The notes beneath the pieces are model-generated. The model was not told the origin of the DNA. It saw nothing but the letters and a program-made list of their open reading frames with translations, and searched no databases. A stretch of 64,000 bases of DNA, taken from a virus. Both the position numbers and the translations under genes were made by a program. How positions within the stretch are numbered: position 1 is the stretch's first letter; each line of letters opens with the position of its first letter. Shown here one piece after another: positions 37,418-48,656 of the stretch. Location: positions 51,164 to 115,163 of IMG/VR virus record IMGVR_UViG_3300032307_000731. One strand, given 5' to 3'.

Positions 37418-38365
37418 ATGGAAAAAATATTAGAACCAAATAATGACAGATTTGTCATATTCCCTATCGAACATAATGATATATGGGAATTTTATAAACA
37501 ACACCAAGCGGCGTTTTGGACTGCTGAAGAAGTTGATTTATCTAACGATATTAGAGATTGGGAAAATTTATCAGATAATGAGAAATATTTTCTTAAAAAT
37601 ATATTAGCGTTTTTTGCGGCGTCTGATGGAATTGTAAATGAAAACTTAGCAGAAAATTTCTTAAAAGAAGTACAATATGCTGAGGCAAAATTCTTTTACG
37701 GATTTCAGGTTATGATGGAAAATATCCATTCATTAATGTATTCGTTATTGATTGATACTTATGTGTCTGATGAAAAAGAAAAAGATGAATGTTTCCACGC
37801 GATTGACAGATTACCTGCAGTTCAAAAGAAAGCTAAATGGGCTCTTGATTGGATTGAAAACGCTTCATTCCAAGAAAGATTAGTTGCATTCGCGGCTGTT
37901 GAAGGTATCTTCTTTTCAGGTTCATTCTGTTCAATCTTTTGGTTGAAATCAAGAGGAATCATGCAAGGTTTATGTAATGCTAATTCACTTATCTTTAAAG
38001 ATGAAAATTTACATTGTGATTTTGCTATTCATTTGATTAATAATCACGTTGAGAACAAACCAAGTGAAAAACGAATTAAAGAGATTTTATTATCTGCATT
38101 AGAAATTGAAAAAGAGTTTATTACAGAATCTTTACCTGTATCTTTAATTGGTATGAATTCTAATTTGATGAAACAATATTTAGAATTTGTAACGGATGGT
38201 CTATTAGTTAAATTTGGATGTAAAAAACAATTCAATGTTGAACAACCATTCAAATTTATGGAACAAATTGCTGTTGAGACTAAAGGAAACTTTTTTGAAT
38301 CAAGAACAATGGAATACCAAAAGGCTAAATTAGGTGAATCACTAACATTCACTGACGATTTCTAA
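37418..38365 (+). CDS. nrdB: Ribonucleotide reductase class Ia beta subunit
   Basis: [49 protein letters not shown]. Confidence 0.96.
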   Translation: MEKILEPNNDRFVIFPIEHNDIWEFYKQHQAAFWTAEEVDLSNDIRDWENLSDNEKYFLKNILAFFAASDGIVNENLAENFLKEVQYAEAKFFYGFQVMMENIHSLMYSLLIDTYVSDEKEKDECFHAIDRLPAVQKKAKWALDWIENASFQERLVAFAAVEGIFFSGSFCSIFWLKSRGIMQGLCNANSLIFKDENLHCDFAIHLINNHVENKPSEKRIKEILLSALEIEKEFITESLPVSLIGMNSNLMKQYLEFVTDGLLVKFGCKKQFNVEQPFKFMEQIAVETKGNFFESRTMEYQKAKLGESLTFTDDF

Positions 38366-38375
38366 TTAAAAATAT

Positions 38376-40802
38376 ATGATGTCATTAAAGATTAAAAAAA
38401 GAGGGGGAGATGAAGTTTCATTTAACCCTCAAAAAATTTACAATAGAGTTAAACGAGCGTCTAGAGGGTTAAATGTTAACTCAGACGAGATTTTTATTAA
38501 AGTTATTACTTCAGTACCAACTGAAGGATTTATTACAACTAAAGAGTTAGATAAATTAGTTTATGAAATTGCTGCTTCATATACCGGAAGTCATCACGAT
38601 TACTCAAGATTAGCGTCTTCGGTAGCGATTTCATCTTATCATAAAGAAACTGATGAAAGTTTTTGTAACACAATGCACACCTTACACGTTGATGGGGTCA
38701 TTAATGATAAGTTAATGGAAACTATTGAACTATATGGTCCTGAAAATATTGATTCTGTAATTAATCACGAGAATGATTACAATTTTGATTATTTTGCTTG
38801 GCGTTCATTACAAGAAATGTATTTGTTAAAAACACCTGAAGGTAAGGTAATTGAAAGACCACAACATATGTATATGAGAGTTGCTCTATGGGTGACTAAA
38901 TCATTCGAAGAGGCGGTTGAATATTACAATTCTTTATCAAATCAACTTATTTCTCCGGCAACACCAATTATGATTAATGCGGGTACTAAAACACCTCAAC
39001 TAGCATCTTGTGTATTGAAATACAACCATGGGGATTCAAGAGAAGGTTTATTACAAACATTAAATGATATCTCAACTTACTCATCAGACGCTGCGGGTAT
39101 TGGATTATGTATGTCTAACATTCGTAGTAAAGAAAGTAGAATTAATTCATCAGGTGGATTTGCGGGAGGTTTATTAAAATACCTTAAAATTGTAAATGAA
39201 TCACTACGTTTCTTTAACCAACAAGGAAGAAGACCGGGTAGTGCTGCTATCTACATTGAACCTTGGCATAAAGACATCATTGATTTACTTGATATCAAAA
39301 AGAATACAGGAGCTGAAGAGATGAGAGCAAGAGATTTATTCACGTCAATTTGGTTACCGGATAACTTTATGAATGCTGTTAAAAACAATGGGGATTGGTA
39401 TTTGTTTTGTCCGAATGACATTAAGAAAGCTGGTATCAAACCATTACAGGAGACTTATGGTGATGAGTATGAAGAGAATTATAACAAAGCGGTTGAACTT
39501 GGTCTTGGTAAAAAAGTTAAAGCTCAAACAATTTGGAATAAGATTATTGAATCTCAGGTTGAAACAGGAGTTCCTTACTTATGTTCTAAAGATAGTGCGA
39601 ATAGAAAAACTAACCATCAAAACATTGGGGTGATTAAACAATCTAACTTATGTAATGAGATTTACCAATATACCGATGAGGAAACAACTGCAATCTGTAC
39701 GTTATCTTCTATGGTGTTGAAAAACTTTATTATTAAAGGAGAGTTTGATTTTAATTTACTTTACAATGAAGTTAGAAAAGTTGTGAGAGCACTTAACAAA
39801 GTTGTTGACATTAATAGTTATTCAACTGAGCAAGGTAGAAAAGGGGGTCTTGAACAAAGAGCAATTGCGATTGGAACACAAGGTCTTGCGGATGTTTTTT
39901 ATTTAATGGATTATATCTTCACATCTGAAGAGGCAAAGAAACTTAACAAAGATATTTTTGAAACAATTTATTTTGCTGCAATCACTGAGAGTTCTTATTT
40001 ATGTCAACAAGGTTTATACAGACCATATGAATTCTTTAAAGGTTCACCAATGTCAAAAGGAATATTCCAATTTGATATGTGGGGAATGAATGAGGATAAT
40101 TTATCAGGTCGTTGGGATTGGATGGGATTGAAAGATAAAGTGTCGGAATATGGTGTTTGTAACTCATTATTCACGGCTCAGATGCCGGTAGCATCTTCGG
40201 CTAAGATTACAGGTTCATTTGAAATGACAGAACCAGCTCACTCGGCATTGTTTAATCGTCGTGTGGTTGGGGGAGAAATCCTTATCGTAAACAAATACTT
40301 AATTACTGATTTTGAAAAATTAGGTGTTTGGAGTGAGGATTTAAAAAATGAGATTATTATGAATGAAGGTTCAATTCAGAATATTAATTTCAATCAATAT
40401 CTTGACCCTGAAGATAAAAACTACAACAAGAAAGTTAAAAGAATTGAACATTTAATACCTAAATACAAAACAATTTGGGAGATATCTCAAAGAGAATTAA
40501 TTGATATGGCGGCGGACAGAGCACCATTTATTGACCAATCACAATCAATGAATATCTATATGTCTGAACCAACATTATCAAAAATTTCATCATCTCATTT
40601 CCATTCATGGAGTAAAGGTTTGAAAACTCTTTGTTATTATGTTAGAACTAAGGCAATATCAACCGGAGCAAAACATTTAGCTGTTGATATTTCAAAAGTA
40701 AAACAAACCTCAAATAAAGTTGAAACACCAAAAGTTAGTTTAATTGAAAATACTACAAAACCAACTGATTCAGAATTTGAATGTTTTGGATGTGGGTCAT
40801 AA
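38376..40802 (+). CDS. nrdA: Ribonucleotide reductase class Ia alpha subunit with ATP-cone
   Basis: IKKRGG ATP-cone, ERPQHM, SPATP, SNLCNEI, CTLSS, MPVASS, DQSQS, YYVR, C-term CFGCGS. Confidence 0.96.
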   Translation: MMSLKIKKRGGDEVSFNPQKIYNRVKRASRGLNVNSDEIFIKVITSVPTEGFITTKELDKLVYEIAASYTGSHHDYSRLASSVAISSYHKETDESFCNTMHTLHVDGVINDKLMETIELYGPENIDSVINHENDYNFDYFAWRSLQEMYLLKTPEGKVIERPQHMYMRVALWVTKSFEEAVEYYNSLSNQLISPATPIMINAGTKTPQLASCVLKYNHGDSREGLLQTLNDISTYSSDAAGIGLCMSNIRSKESRINSSGGFAGGLLKYLKIVNESLRFFNQQGRRPGSAAIYIEPWHKDIIDLLDIKKNTGAEEMRARDLFTSIWLPDNFMNAVKNNGDWYLFCPNDIKKAGIKPLQETYGDEYEENYNKAVELGLGKKVKAQTIWNKIIESQVETGVPYLCSKDSANRKTNHQNIGVIKQSNLCNEIYQYTDEETTAICTLSSMVLKNFIIKGEFDFNLLYNEVRKVVRALNKVVDINSYSTEQGRKGGLEQRAIAIGTQGLADVFYLMDYIFTSEEAKKLNKDIFETIYFAAITESSYLCQQGLYRPYEFFKGSPMSKGIFQFDMWGMNEDNLSGRWDWMGLKDKVSEYGVCNSLFTAQMPVASSAKITGSFEMTEPAHSALFNRRVVGGEILIVNKYLITDFEKLGVWSEDLKNEIIMNEGSIQNINFNQYLDPEDKNYNKKVKRIEHLIPKYKTIWEISQRELIDMAADRAPFIDQSQSMNIYMSEPTLSKISSSHFHSWSKGLKTLCYYVRTKAISTGAKHLAVDISKVKQTSNKVETPKVSLIENTTKPTDSEFECFGCGS

Positions 40803-40821
40803 CAAAAGGTAATTATATAAT

Positions 40822-40851
40822 AATCCCGACAATGTCGGGATTTTTTATTTT
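40822..40851 (+). terminator. Intrinsic terminator after nrdA
   Basis: AATCCCGAC-AAT-GTCGGGATT followed by T-rich tract. Confidence 0.8.
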
Positions 40852-40893
40852 TAGGTATTTATAAGAAATAATCATAACACTATAATTATAGAT

Positions 40894-41364
40894 ATGGCAG
40901 ACGGAACAACATATGGTATTAATTTCCCTTTTAGGGATTCAGTTAAAGGTGACTATTTACAACTAACTGAATTTGAGGCTCAAGAAATTAAAGCGGATTT
41001 AATCCACTTACTTTTAACTCGAAAAGGTTCAAGATATTATTTACCAACATTTGGGACTAGACTTTATGAGTTTTTATTTGAACCATTTGATGGGTTAACA
41101 TTTGATGCAATTGAATCAGATATTCGAGAAGCGGTTGGTACATTTATGCCAAACTTATTATTAAACCAAATAACCATAAGTCCTGCTGACCCAATGGAAG
41201 AGGTTGATTTAGCAACAGGGATGGCAACAATAGGGACAAGTGAATCGTCAATTTATAGATTTCCTGGTAAAGGGACTTCAGAATATACTGCAAAAATAAA
41301 AATAGATTACTCGACAAACAATTCAACTTTTGGACCGAGTGATTTCGTTATCATTAATATTTAA
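40894..41364 (+). CDS. Baseplate wedge / sheath initiator (T4 gp25-like)
   Basis: 'IKADLIHLLLTRKGSRYYLPTFGTRLYEFLFEP'. Confidence 0.9.
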   Translation: MADGTTYGINFPFRDSVKGDYLQLTEFEAQEIKADLIHLLLTRKGSRYYLPTFGTRLYEFLFEPFDGLTFDAIESDIREAVGTFMPNLLLNQITISPADPMEEVDLATGMATIGTSESSIYRFPGKGTSEYTAKIKIDYSTNNSTFGPSDFVIINI

Positions 41365-41370
41365 TATCAT

Positions 41371-43209
41371 ATGGCAAATCGTAATATATCATATACTACA
41401 AGAGATTATCAAGGAATAAGAACTGAATTATTAAACTATGTAAGAACTTATTACCCTGAATTAATACAGGACTTCAATGATGCTTCGGTATTCTCGGTGT
41501 TCTTAGATTTGAACGCGGCGGTTGCGGATAATTTACATTATCATATTGATAGAAGTATTCAAGAAACGGTTCTACAATACGCTCAACAAAGGTCTTCAAT
41601 TTATAATATTGCAAGAACCTATGGATTAAAATTACCGGGTCAAAGACCATCTGTTTCTTTGGTTGATTTTTCAATTACGGTTCCGGCTTTTGGGGATAAA
41701 GAAGATGAAAGATACTTAGGTACATTAACAAGAGGGTCTCAAGTTGTTGGTGCTGGTATTGTTTTTGAAAACATATATGATATTGATTTTACATCACCAT
41801 ATAACGCTCAAGGGTTTCCAAATAGATTAAAAATACCAAATTTTAATGCTAATAACGTTTTAATTAATTATACCATTACTAAACGAGAATTGGTAGTTAA
41901 TGGTATTACTAAAGTTTTTAAAAGAGTTATCACACCTAATGATGTGAAACCATTCTTTGAATTATTTTTACCTGAAAAAAATGTATTAGGTATTACAAGT
42001 GTATTACTTAAGAGTGGGACTGAATATACTAATATTCCTTCTACTGCGGAATTTTTAGGGGTTGAAAATAAATGGTATGAAGTTGATTCGTTGGCGGAAG
42101 ATAGAGTTTTTATTGAAGACCCAACTAAAGTGTCGGACCAACCAGGTATTAAAGTTGGTAGATATATTCAAACACAAAATAGATTTATAAGTGAATATAC
42201 TTCTGAAGGATTTAAAAAGATGACTTTTGGTGGTGGAACAAACACTGCTCAAGATGCGTTAGACCAATTTACAACAGTTGGGGCAACAATTGATTTACAA
42301 AGATATTCAAACAACTTTTCATTAGGGTCTGCTTTAACGCCTAACTCAACATTATTTATTCAATATCGAGTTGGTGGTGGATTAGCAACAAACTTAGGTA
42401 CAAACGTGATTAATCAAATTGGTACGGTTAATTTCTTTGTGAACGGACCATCTGAATCAACTAATTCATCTGTAGTTAATTCACTAAGATGTAACAACGT
42501 TACTGCTGCAATTGGTGGTGCGGGAGTTCCTTCATTAGAAGAAATTAGAAATTATGTTTCATTTAATTTCTCGGCACAAAAAAGAGCGGTAACCGTACAA
42601 GATTATGAATCAATCATTAGAAATATGCCATCAGAGTTTGGAGCACCTGCAAAAGTGTCCATAACAGAGAATAATAATAAGATATTGATTCAGTTATTAT
42701 CTTATGATACTTCAGGTAAATTAACCAGTATTGTGTCTGATACATTAAGACAAAATGTTGCAAATTACCTTTCTAACTATAGAATGATGAATGATTATAT
42801 TTCAATCTTAACCGCTGATGTTATTGATTTAAGTATTGATGTTCAGATTGTATTAGATTCTGCACAAAATTCAGGACAAGTTATTGCTGATGTGGTTGAT
42901 AGAATTTCTACTTATCTTAATCCTCAAACAAGAGAGTTGGGACAAAATGTTTATTTATCTGAAATAAGAAGTATTGTTCAAAATCAAAACGGGGTTTTAA
43001 CTGTTGCAGGGATAAATGTGTATAATAATGTTGGAGGACAATATTCTTCTTCTGAAACATCCATGGAATACTCTAATTCTGAAACAAAAGAAATTGCTCC
43101 GGTTGATGACACAATTTTTGCTCAACCATCTCAAGTGTATCAAATTAGATACCCTAATAAAGATATTAGAGTGTCGGTTAAAAATTTCCAATCAGTTACC
43201 TTTTCATAA
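41371..43209 (+). CDS. Baseplate wedge protein (T4 gp6 / P2 gpJ-like)
   Basis: RDYQGIRTEL, AQQRSSIYNIARTYG, FGGG, YRVGGG, AQKRAVTVQDYE. Confidence 0.88.
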   Translation: MANRNISYTTRDYQGIRTELLNYVRTYYPELIQDFNDASVFSVFLDLNAAVADNLHYHIDRSIQETVLQYAQQRSSIYNIARTYGLKLPGQRPSVSLVDFSITVPAFGDKEDERYLGTLTRGSQVVGAGIVFENIYDIDFTSPYNAQGFPNRLKIPNFNANNVLINYTITKRELVVNGITKVFKRVITPNDVKPFFELFLPEKNVLGITSVLLKSGTEYTNIPSTAEFLGVENKWYEVDSLAEDRVFIEDPTKVSDQPGIKVGRYIQTQNRFISEYTSEGFKKMTFGGGTNTAQDALDQFTTVGATIDLQRYSNNFSLGSALTPNSTLFIQYRVGGGLATNLGTNVINQIGTVNFFVNGPSESTNSSVVNSLRCNNVTAAIGGAGVPSLEEIRNYVSFNFSAQKRAVTVQDYESIIRNMPSEFGAPAKVSITENNNKILIQLLSYDTSGKLTSIVSDTLRQNVANYLSNYRMMNDYISILTADVIDLSIDVQIVLDSAQNSGQVIADVVDRISTYLNPQTRELGQNVYLSEIRSIVQNQNGVLTVAGINVYNNVGGQYSSSETSMEYSNSETKEIAPVDDTIFAQPSQVYQIRYPNKDIRVSVKNFQSVTFS

Positions 43210-43304
43210 CAGGTTTATTTATCTCCCAACTATCTTATAATTAAAAGTAAGGTGTGTGAATTTTAAAAATAACACATAAACTATTTATTAATTAAAAGAA
43301 TTGC

Positions 43305-46300
43305 ATGGGTCAGTCTTATAGAATTAAAACCGAATTAGGTGTCAACAAAACTATCAATGTTCAGTTGGAGCAAGATTTTGAGTTTTTAGAAATATTATCA
43401 TTAAAAATACAACAAGCCGATGTTTACACAAGAAGTTGTGCAGACTATGGTGTGATTGTTGGAAGGGTTACCGCTAATAATGGGTTTGGTATTCCAAACG
43501 CTCGAGTTTCTGTTTTCATACCAATTAGTGCGGTAGATGAATCTAACCCATTAATTTCAAGTATATATCCTTACAAATCGCCAACAGATAAGAATGAGGA
43601 TGGATATCGTTACAATTTACTACCTTACGAAAAATCTTATTCTGCTCACGCTGCCACAGGAACTTTACCAACAAGAGCGGATAGTTTAACAGGTGCGACT
43701 GCCGTTGAAATATACGACACATATTACAAATATACTACCAAAACAAATGAGAGTGGGGATTACATGATTATGGGAGCTCCATTAGGTGCTCAAACATTAG
43801 TAATGGATGTTGACTTGTCCGATATTGGTGAATTCTCATTAACACCTCAAGACTTAATTAGAATGGGGTTGGCCACAGAAGGACAAGTTGCTGGTAACAG
43901 ATTTAAAACTTCTACCGACTTAAGTTCTTTACCTCAAATAGTTTCATTAACAAAACAATTAGAGGTTAGCCCATTATGGGGGGACCCTGATATATGTCAA
44001 ATTGCCGTGAACCGAATGGATTTTGACCTTAGAGATGACGCGAATATAGACATTCAACCAACATCGGTTTTTATGGGTTCAATTTATTCAACCGCTGATG
44101 AGTTTCGTGTGAGAAAAAATGCGAAACCTAGAGATGATATGGGTAATTTATGTAGTTTAAATGCGGGTCCGGGTCAAATTTTAGCAATTAGACAAACCAT
44201 ACAAGAAGATAGTGATGGTAATCCAATATTAGAACAATTTCAGTTAGAACAATCGGGAAATATTATTGATGGTAATGGTGTGTGGATGACCGAATTACCG
44301 ATGAATTTGGATTATTTTATTACCAATGAATTTGGTGAGAAAGTTTTATCAAACGACCCTACTGTGGGTATTCCAACAAAAGGAAGGTATCGTTTTAAAG
44401 TTAAATGGTCACAATCAGCTGGAGTTTCAGAACAGACCAGACGACCAAATTATTTAATACCTAACGTAAAAGAGTATGGATGGGGAAGTGGAAGTGTAAA
44501 TAGTCCCGCAAGACAAGAAGGTTCGTATTATTTTGGATTAGATTGGAGTGGGTATACAAAAGGATTTGTTGGTTTTACATCATCAAATGTTCAACAAAGA
44601 AATCAACTGTTAGATTCAAAAATAAATTGTGAGGATACTTTTTATGAGTTTAAGTTTAATCGAGTATATACGGTTGCCGGATTTATTGATGAATTTAAAA
44701 ATGGGGCTAAAGGTAGATTTATAGGTATAAAAGAAATAGATAGTAATGAATGTGCGACTACTATAAATAAATTTCCGGTTAATGACGGATTTCGAAATTT
44801 TGATTTATTATTTTTTATTTTCGCAATTTTAATGCAAATAATTCAATTAGTAGGGTTAGTTATACTTATAGTTTATCATTTTGTTGCCTTTTTGTGGAAC
44901 AATTTTGCGGTTCCAATATTAGCTTATTTTATTGTCCAATTTGGATTTAACTCTTATTTTGAGTTTCAAGCGGCATATGCTGCGGCTGCGGGTGCAACAA
45001 GTTTTTCATGGGGTTTATTATTACTTATAACTCCATTTATATTAAAAGGGATATTATGGGCAGCAATTGCGTTATTTTTAGGATTTAATTTTAGGAAAAT
45101 TACTTCTTATAAATTTGGTAGATTAAAATTACCAATGATGCAATATCCCGATTGTCAAGCTTGTTCATGTGATGGAGAGACAACTGAGCCAGGTGGTGGG
45201 ACGGGTACAAATGAGTCTCCACCTCAAACAGGGTTGCTTAGTCAGGTATCAAACCGTAATTTTTATTATGATGAAACAATAAACTATCAATCAAATTTAA
45301 ATGCGACGGTATTCTCACAATATGGTGCGAATATGGCTGGAGAAGAGAGACAAATGAATTACCCTGGATGTGGGGGAGGATGGGGAGGCGGAGGTCGTAA
45401 TACTTACCCTTGTGACCCATATTCTGAAGAAACAATCGATGAATATAATACCATTGCGGGAAATATGAAAGTAGCAGCACTTGCTGGAAATCTAAATAAA
45501 ATAAATGTTAGTGGGGTTGCTCAATATTCTAATGGTGTTAAAGAATTTGCGGTAGGATATTCTATTCCTCCTGGAGAGAGAATTAATATCTATAATACTC
45601 GTGGAAAATATTTTACGGGTGAAAATAAAATAAAGGTTACTTTTTCTAAACCTAATAATGGTACAACACACCATTTTGATAATACTTTAACCGTATTATC
45701 AACACAGGATTTACAAGTTGGTGAGATGGTTTCTTTCATTGATATAAGTAAATCAAAAGATGTTAATTTTTTATATACCGGAACAACAACTGTTGGTGGT
45801 AGATTAATTAATGGTATTAACGGAGTTATTAATACTAATCAACAATCTGTAAATGTTACTTATGCTACTTCTCAAACACAGGGTTCACAAGTTTTATATA
45901 CATTACCACAAATAACAGGGTATACTTGTGTTGATTCTGTTACTATTTCCGCTTCAACAGATGGTACTGTAACCTATCAGACTTGCCCGGGGTATACTGT
46001 TACAAACGTTGTTACAACAGGTACCACAACATTTACTAATGAATATGGTATTGATATCTCAACAACCGGAGGTACTGCAGAATATGTTGTGATTGCCTCA
46101 GGTCAAACATTACAAAGATATATTTATCCATCTGATATTGAATATTACCAAGTATTAACCGCCATAACAATTACAACTACTGTTGTCAACGGGGTTACAA
46201 CATACACTAATCCGAATTTCAATGGGACTACAGGTTTTTGGGGGGCTCTTAATGCTCCTAATACTATTCAAGTTTGGAATGAAATAGATGGTGATGGTTG

Positions 46301-48656
46301 GGGTGTAGTTAGACCAACAGAGAATGTACCAACAACTACATTTACTGATTTGGTAGAACAAAAAGTATTAATATTACAAAGAGGTGTAGACCCTAACTCA
46401 CCAAAATATCTAAATCAATATGGTATTGGTAAAATTTTAGGATATTCAAATGAAGATAATGTAACTATAACAGGATATACAAGATTAAATATACCAATAC
46501 AACCTTTAAATACGTCAACTAATGGAAATATAAGTGTTCAAAACCATAGAAACCAAAATAATATTTTTTATCCACCATATGTTTATACACCGGGTATACC
46601 AAATTCAACATATGTTGGTGATATTTGGAGTGGATTTACTACTGATAATGTTGGGTATTATGGAAGTTTAGATTCTCAAAACTTTCCAACAGGTATATTT
46701 CCTGTTTTACAAGGGTTTTCAAATGGTGGGGTCACAGGATTAAGAACAACTTCAAGTGGTACTCAAGCGGGAGGAAATCGTTATTATTCTGCAAGTGTTG
46801 CGAATAATCGTTATGATAGTTCTGAAGATTTATCAGGAGCGGCAGTTATATGGGGTGACTATAGTAGTTCATTTCGTCAACGAGTTCCATCTCTAATTTG
46901 GTTTTTAAATGGAGATTATGTTGGGGGTAGAAGATATCATGGGTTTCCTGAATCATCATATGTAAGTCCGGTTTTATACCCTTCTTTTACAGGATTCTCA
47001 ACCTCTACTAGTGGTCAATTAAGTATTACAAATTCTAATGGATATAGAACAGTTATGAGAACTGACAGACTACCTTCATCTGATTATTCTGATTATAAAA
47101 AAGGGTTTACTTCGGGTCAAAATTCTAGTTTATTACAACAAAATTTAGGATTTGCGGTTTATTCTGTTGATTCAGGTATTGGTTATGCTGTGACTACTAC
47201 AGCATTTAGTACTGGTGCGGATATTGTAACTGCGGATATTGGTGGACAAGTTGCTGCTCTTAATGTAGTTTCAAGTTTAAACTCATGTGAAAACATGGTT
47301 GGGTTAACGTGTTATCAAGGAAATGGTACAAACTTTGGTGTTAGGCCCGGTTGTCAGGCTGATGATTATGTTGAGAACGGATGTTATGTCATGGTTAATA
47401 GACCTTTGGAAGATTTAAGTCAAGACATTAAAACTTTTAATGAATGGGCCTTTAGATTTAGATTTTTCTATGGATTATGTAGAGGGGTTTTATCACAATC
47501 TTTTGTTAATAATTGGGTGAATGGTTCTTTGTATATGTTTCCAATCCAAGTAGATATTGAATATGATAGTAATAATCAACCGAGTACTCCTCAATTTGCA
47601 ACGCAATTAGTTTATTTTGATAAATCAAGTAATAATTTTTATTATAGAAGTTCACCATTTAGACTTAATAATACGTCAAGTATTGATGGAGATTTCATTG
47701 GATTACCTCCAACAGGACAATCGTCACCTACAAATCAAAGACAATTATTATTTCCAACAACAATTATTAATTTGGGAATAAAAGATGATTTTTACCAAGA
47801 AATTATTTTTGACCCATCGGCTAAAGGGTATATAATGAAAAGTTTAAATTCAACAAGTTATTCTGATACTTCTGATTTAGTGAATTTATTTGTTATAAGT
47901 AGAATTACTGATGAGTCGTTTTTACAACAATTAATATCATTTAATCCAAATAATAATTTAGACCAATTATTTTCAAGACAATATAAAAGAATTGATGGAG
48001 ACTTAGCTCAAACTATGTCTATAAATTCGGAGTTTGGAGTAATTCCTTTTTCTCCTGAATTTTATAGTAGTTTGGGATTACCTTCAGACCCTGTTCAAAT
48101 TTTAGGTTCATTGGGTAATCCAACAATGGCGATTTATTTTTCATCTACAACTTTTGATTTGCAAAATAAAGATTATTTGAGTCCGGGGGTTATTGATTTC
48201 AGGCCTTCAAATAATGCCAATGCTCTAACATATTATTATGGTATTAAATCTCAAGAGGTACCATATTACCAATGGACTAGAGATACTAATCCAACAACAG
48301 GTGTTTTCGGTACTCAAGATAATAATTGGGCGACAAATTATAGTACAAACTCTTCATCTTCAGGAATATTTTCATACCCATATCAATCTCTTAATAGACG
48401 TGATGATGGGATTACACATCCGAGTTATTTCATTCCATCAAACACCGCTTTGAGTGATACATTTGCTCGTGGTTATATCTTTAACTTATCCGCACAAACA
48501 TACACTGATTTTACATATTCGGCGACATATGGGTATAATACGTGGTCAGGAAGAAACAAATTTTTGGTAGGTGCGCCAAATCATTTTTATTTTGGACTAA
48601 TTAAAGGGGAGAGCGCTCTTGATAAATTTAAAGAAAAATATTCGATAGATGAATAA
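43305..48656 (+). CDS. Large putative baseplate/virion protein with an internal hydrophobic (TM-like) segment
   Basis: N-term 'GVIVGRVTANNGFGIPNARVSVF' beta-sandwich; ~100-aa hydrophobic stretch; TATTTAT upstream. Confidence 0.55.
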   Translation: MGQSYRIKTELGVNKTINVQLEQDFEFLEILSLKIQQADVYTRSCADYGVIVGRVTANNGFGIPNARVSVFIPISAVDESNPLISSIYPYKSPTDKNEDGYRYNLLPYEKSYSAHAATGTLPTRADSLTGATAVEIYDTYYKYTTKTNESGDYMIMGAPLGAQTLVMDVDLSDIGEFSLTPQDLIRMGLATEGQVAGNRFKTSTDLSSLPQIVSLTKQLEVSPLWGDPDICQIAVNRMDFDLRDDANIDIQPTSVFMGSIYSTADEFRVRKNAKPRDDMGNLCSLNAGPGQILAIRQTIQEDSDGNPILEQFQLEQSGNIIDGNGVWMTELPMNLDYFITNEFGEKVLSNDPTVGIPTKGRYRFKVKWSQSAGVSEQTRRPNYLIPNVKEYGWGSGSVNSPARQEGSYYFGLDWSGYTKGFVGFTSSNVQQRNQLLDSKINCEDTFYEFKFNRVYTVAGFIDEFKNGAKGRFIGIKEIDSNECATTINKFPVNDGFRNFDLLFFIFAILMQIIQLVGLVILIVYHFVAFLWNNFAVPILAYFIVQFGFNSYFEFQAAYAAAAGATSFSWGLLLLITPFILKGILWAAIALFLGFNFRKITSYKFGRLKLPMMQYPDCQACSCDGETTEPGGGTGTNESPPQTGLLSQVSNRNFYYDETINYQSNLNATVFSQYGANMAGEERQMNYPGCGGGWGGGGRNTYPCDPYSEETIDEYNTIAGNMKVAALAGNLNKINVSGVAQYSNGVKEFAVGYSIPPGERINIYNTRGKYFTGENKIKVTFSKPNNGTTHHFDNTLTVLSTQDLQVGEMVSFIDISKSKDVNFLYTGTTTVGGRLINGINGVINTNQQSVNVTYATSQTQGSQVLYTLPQITGYTCVDSVTISASTDGTVTYQTCPGYTVTNVVTTGTTTFTNEYGIDISTTGGTAEYVVIASGQTLQRYIYPSDIEYYQVLTAITITTTVVNGVTTYTNPNFNGTTGFWGALNAPNTIQVWNEIDGDGWGVVRPTENVPTTTFTDLVEQKVLILQRGVDPNSPKYLNQYGIGKILGYSNEDNVTITGYTRLNIPIQPLNTSTNGNISVQNHRNQNNIFYPPYVYTPGIPNSTYVGDIWSGFTTDNVGYYGSLDSQNFPTGIFPVLQGFSNGGVTGLRTTSSGTQAGGNRYYSASVANNRYDSSEDLSGAAVIWGDYSSSFRQRVPSLIWFLNGDYVGGRRYHGFPESSYVSPVLYPSFTGFSTSTSGQLSITNSNGYRTVMRTDRLPSSDYSDYKKGFTSGQNSSLLQQNLGFAVYSVDSGIGYAVTTTAFSTGADIVTADIGGQVAALNVVSSLNSCENMVGLTCYQGNGTNFGVRPGCQADDYVENGCYVMVNRPLEDLSQDIKTFNEWAFRFRFFYGLCRGVLSQSFVNNWVNGSLYMFPIQVDIEYDSNNQPSTPQFATQLVYFDKSSNNFYYRSSPFRLNNTSSIDGDFIGLPPTGQSSPTNQRQLLFPTTIINLGIKDDFYQEIIFDPSAKGYIMKSLNSTSYSDTSDLVNLFVISRITDESFLQQLISFNPNNNLDQLFSRQYKRIDGDLAQTMSINSEFGVIPFSPEFYSSLGLPSDPVQILGSLGNPTMAIYFSSTTFDLQNKDYLSPGVIDFRPSNNANALTYYYGIKSQEVPYYQWTRDTNPTTGVFGTQDNNWATNYSTNSSSSGIFSYPYQSLNRRDDGITHPSYFIPSNTALSDTFARGYIFNLSAQTYTDFTYSATYGYNTWSGRNKFLVGAPNHFYFGLIKGESALDKFKEKYSIDE

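Noticed and set aside
32867-40802. Inteins or introns in recombinase, helicase or RNR
   Set aside because: Lengths are normal, motifs are contiguous, and no intein or homing-endonuclease signatures were seen.
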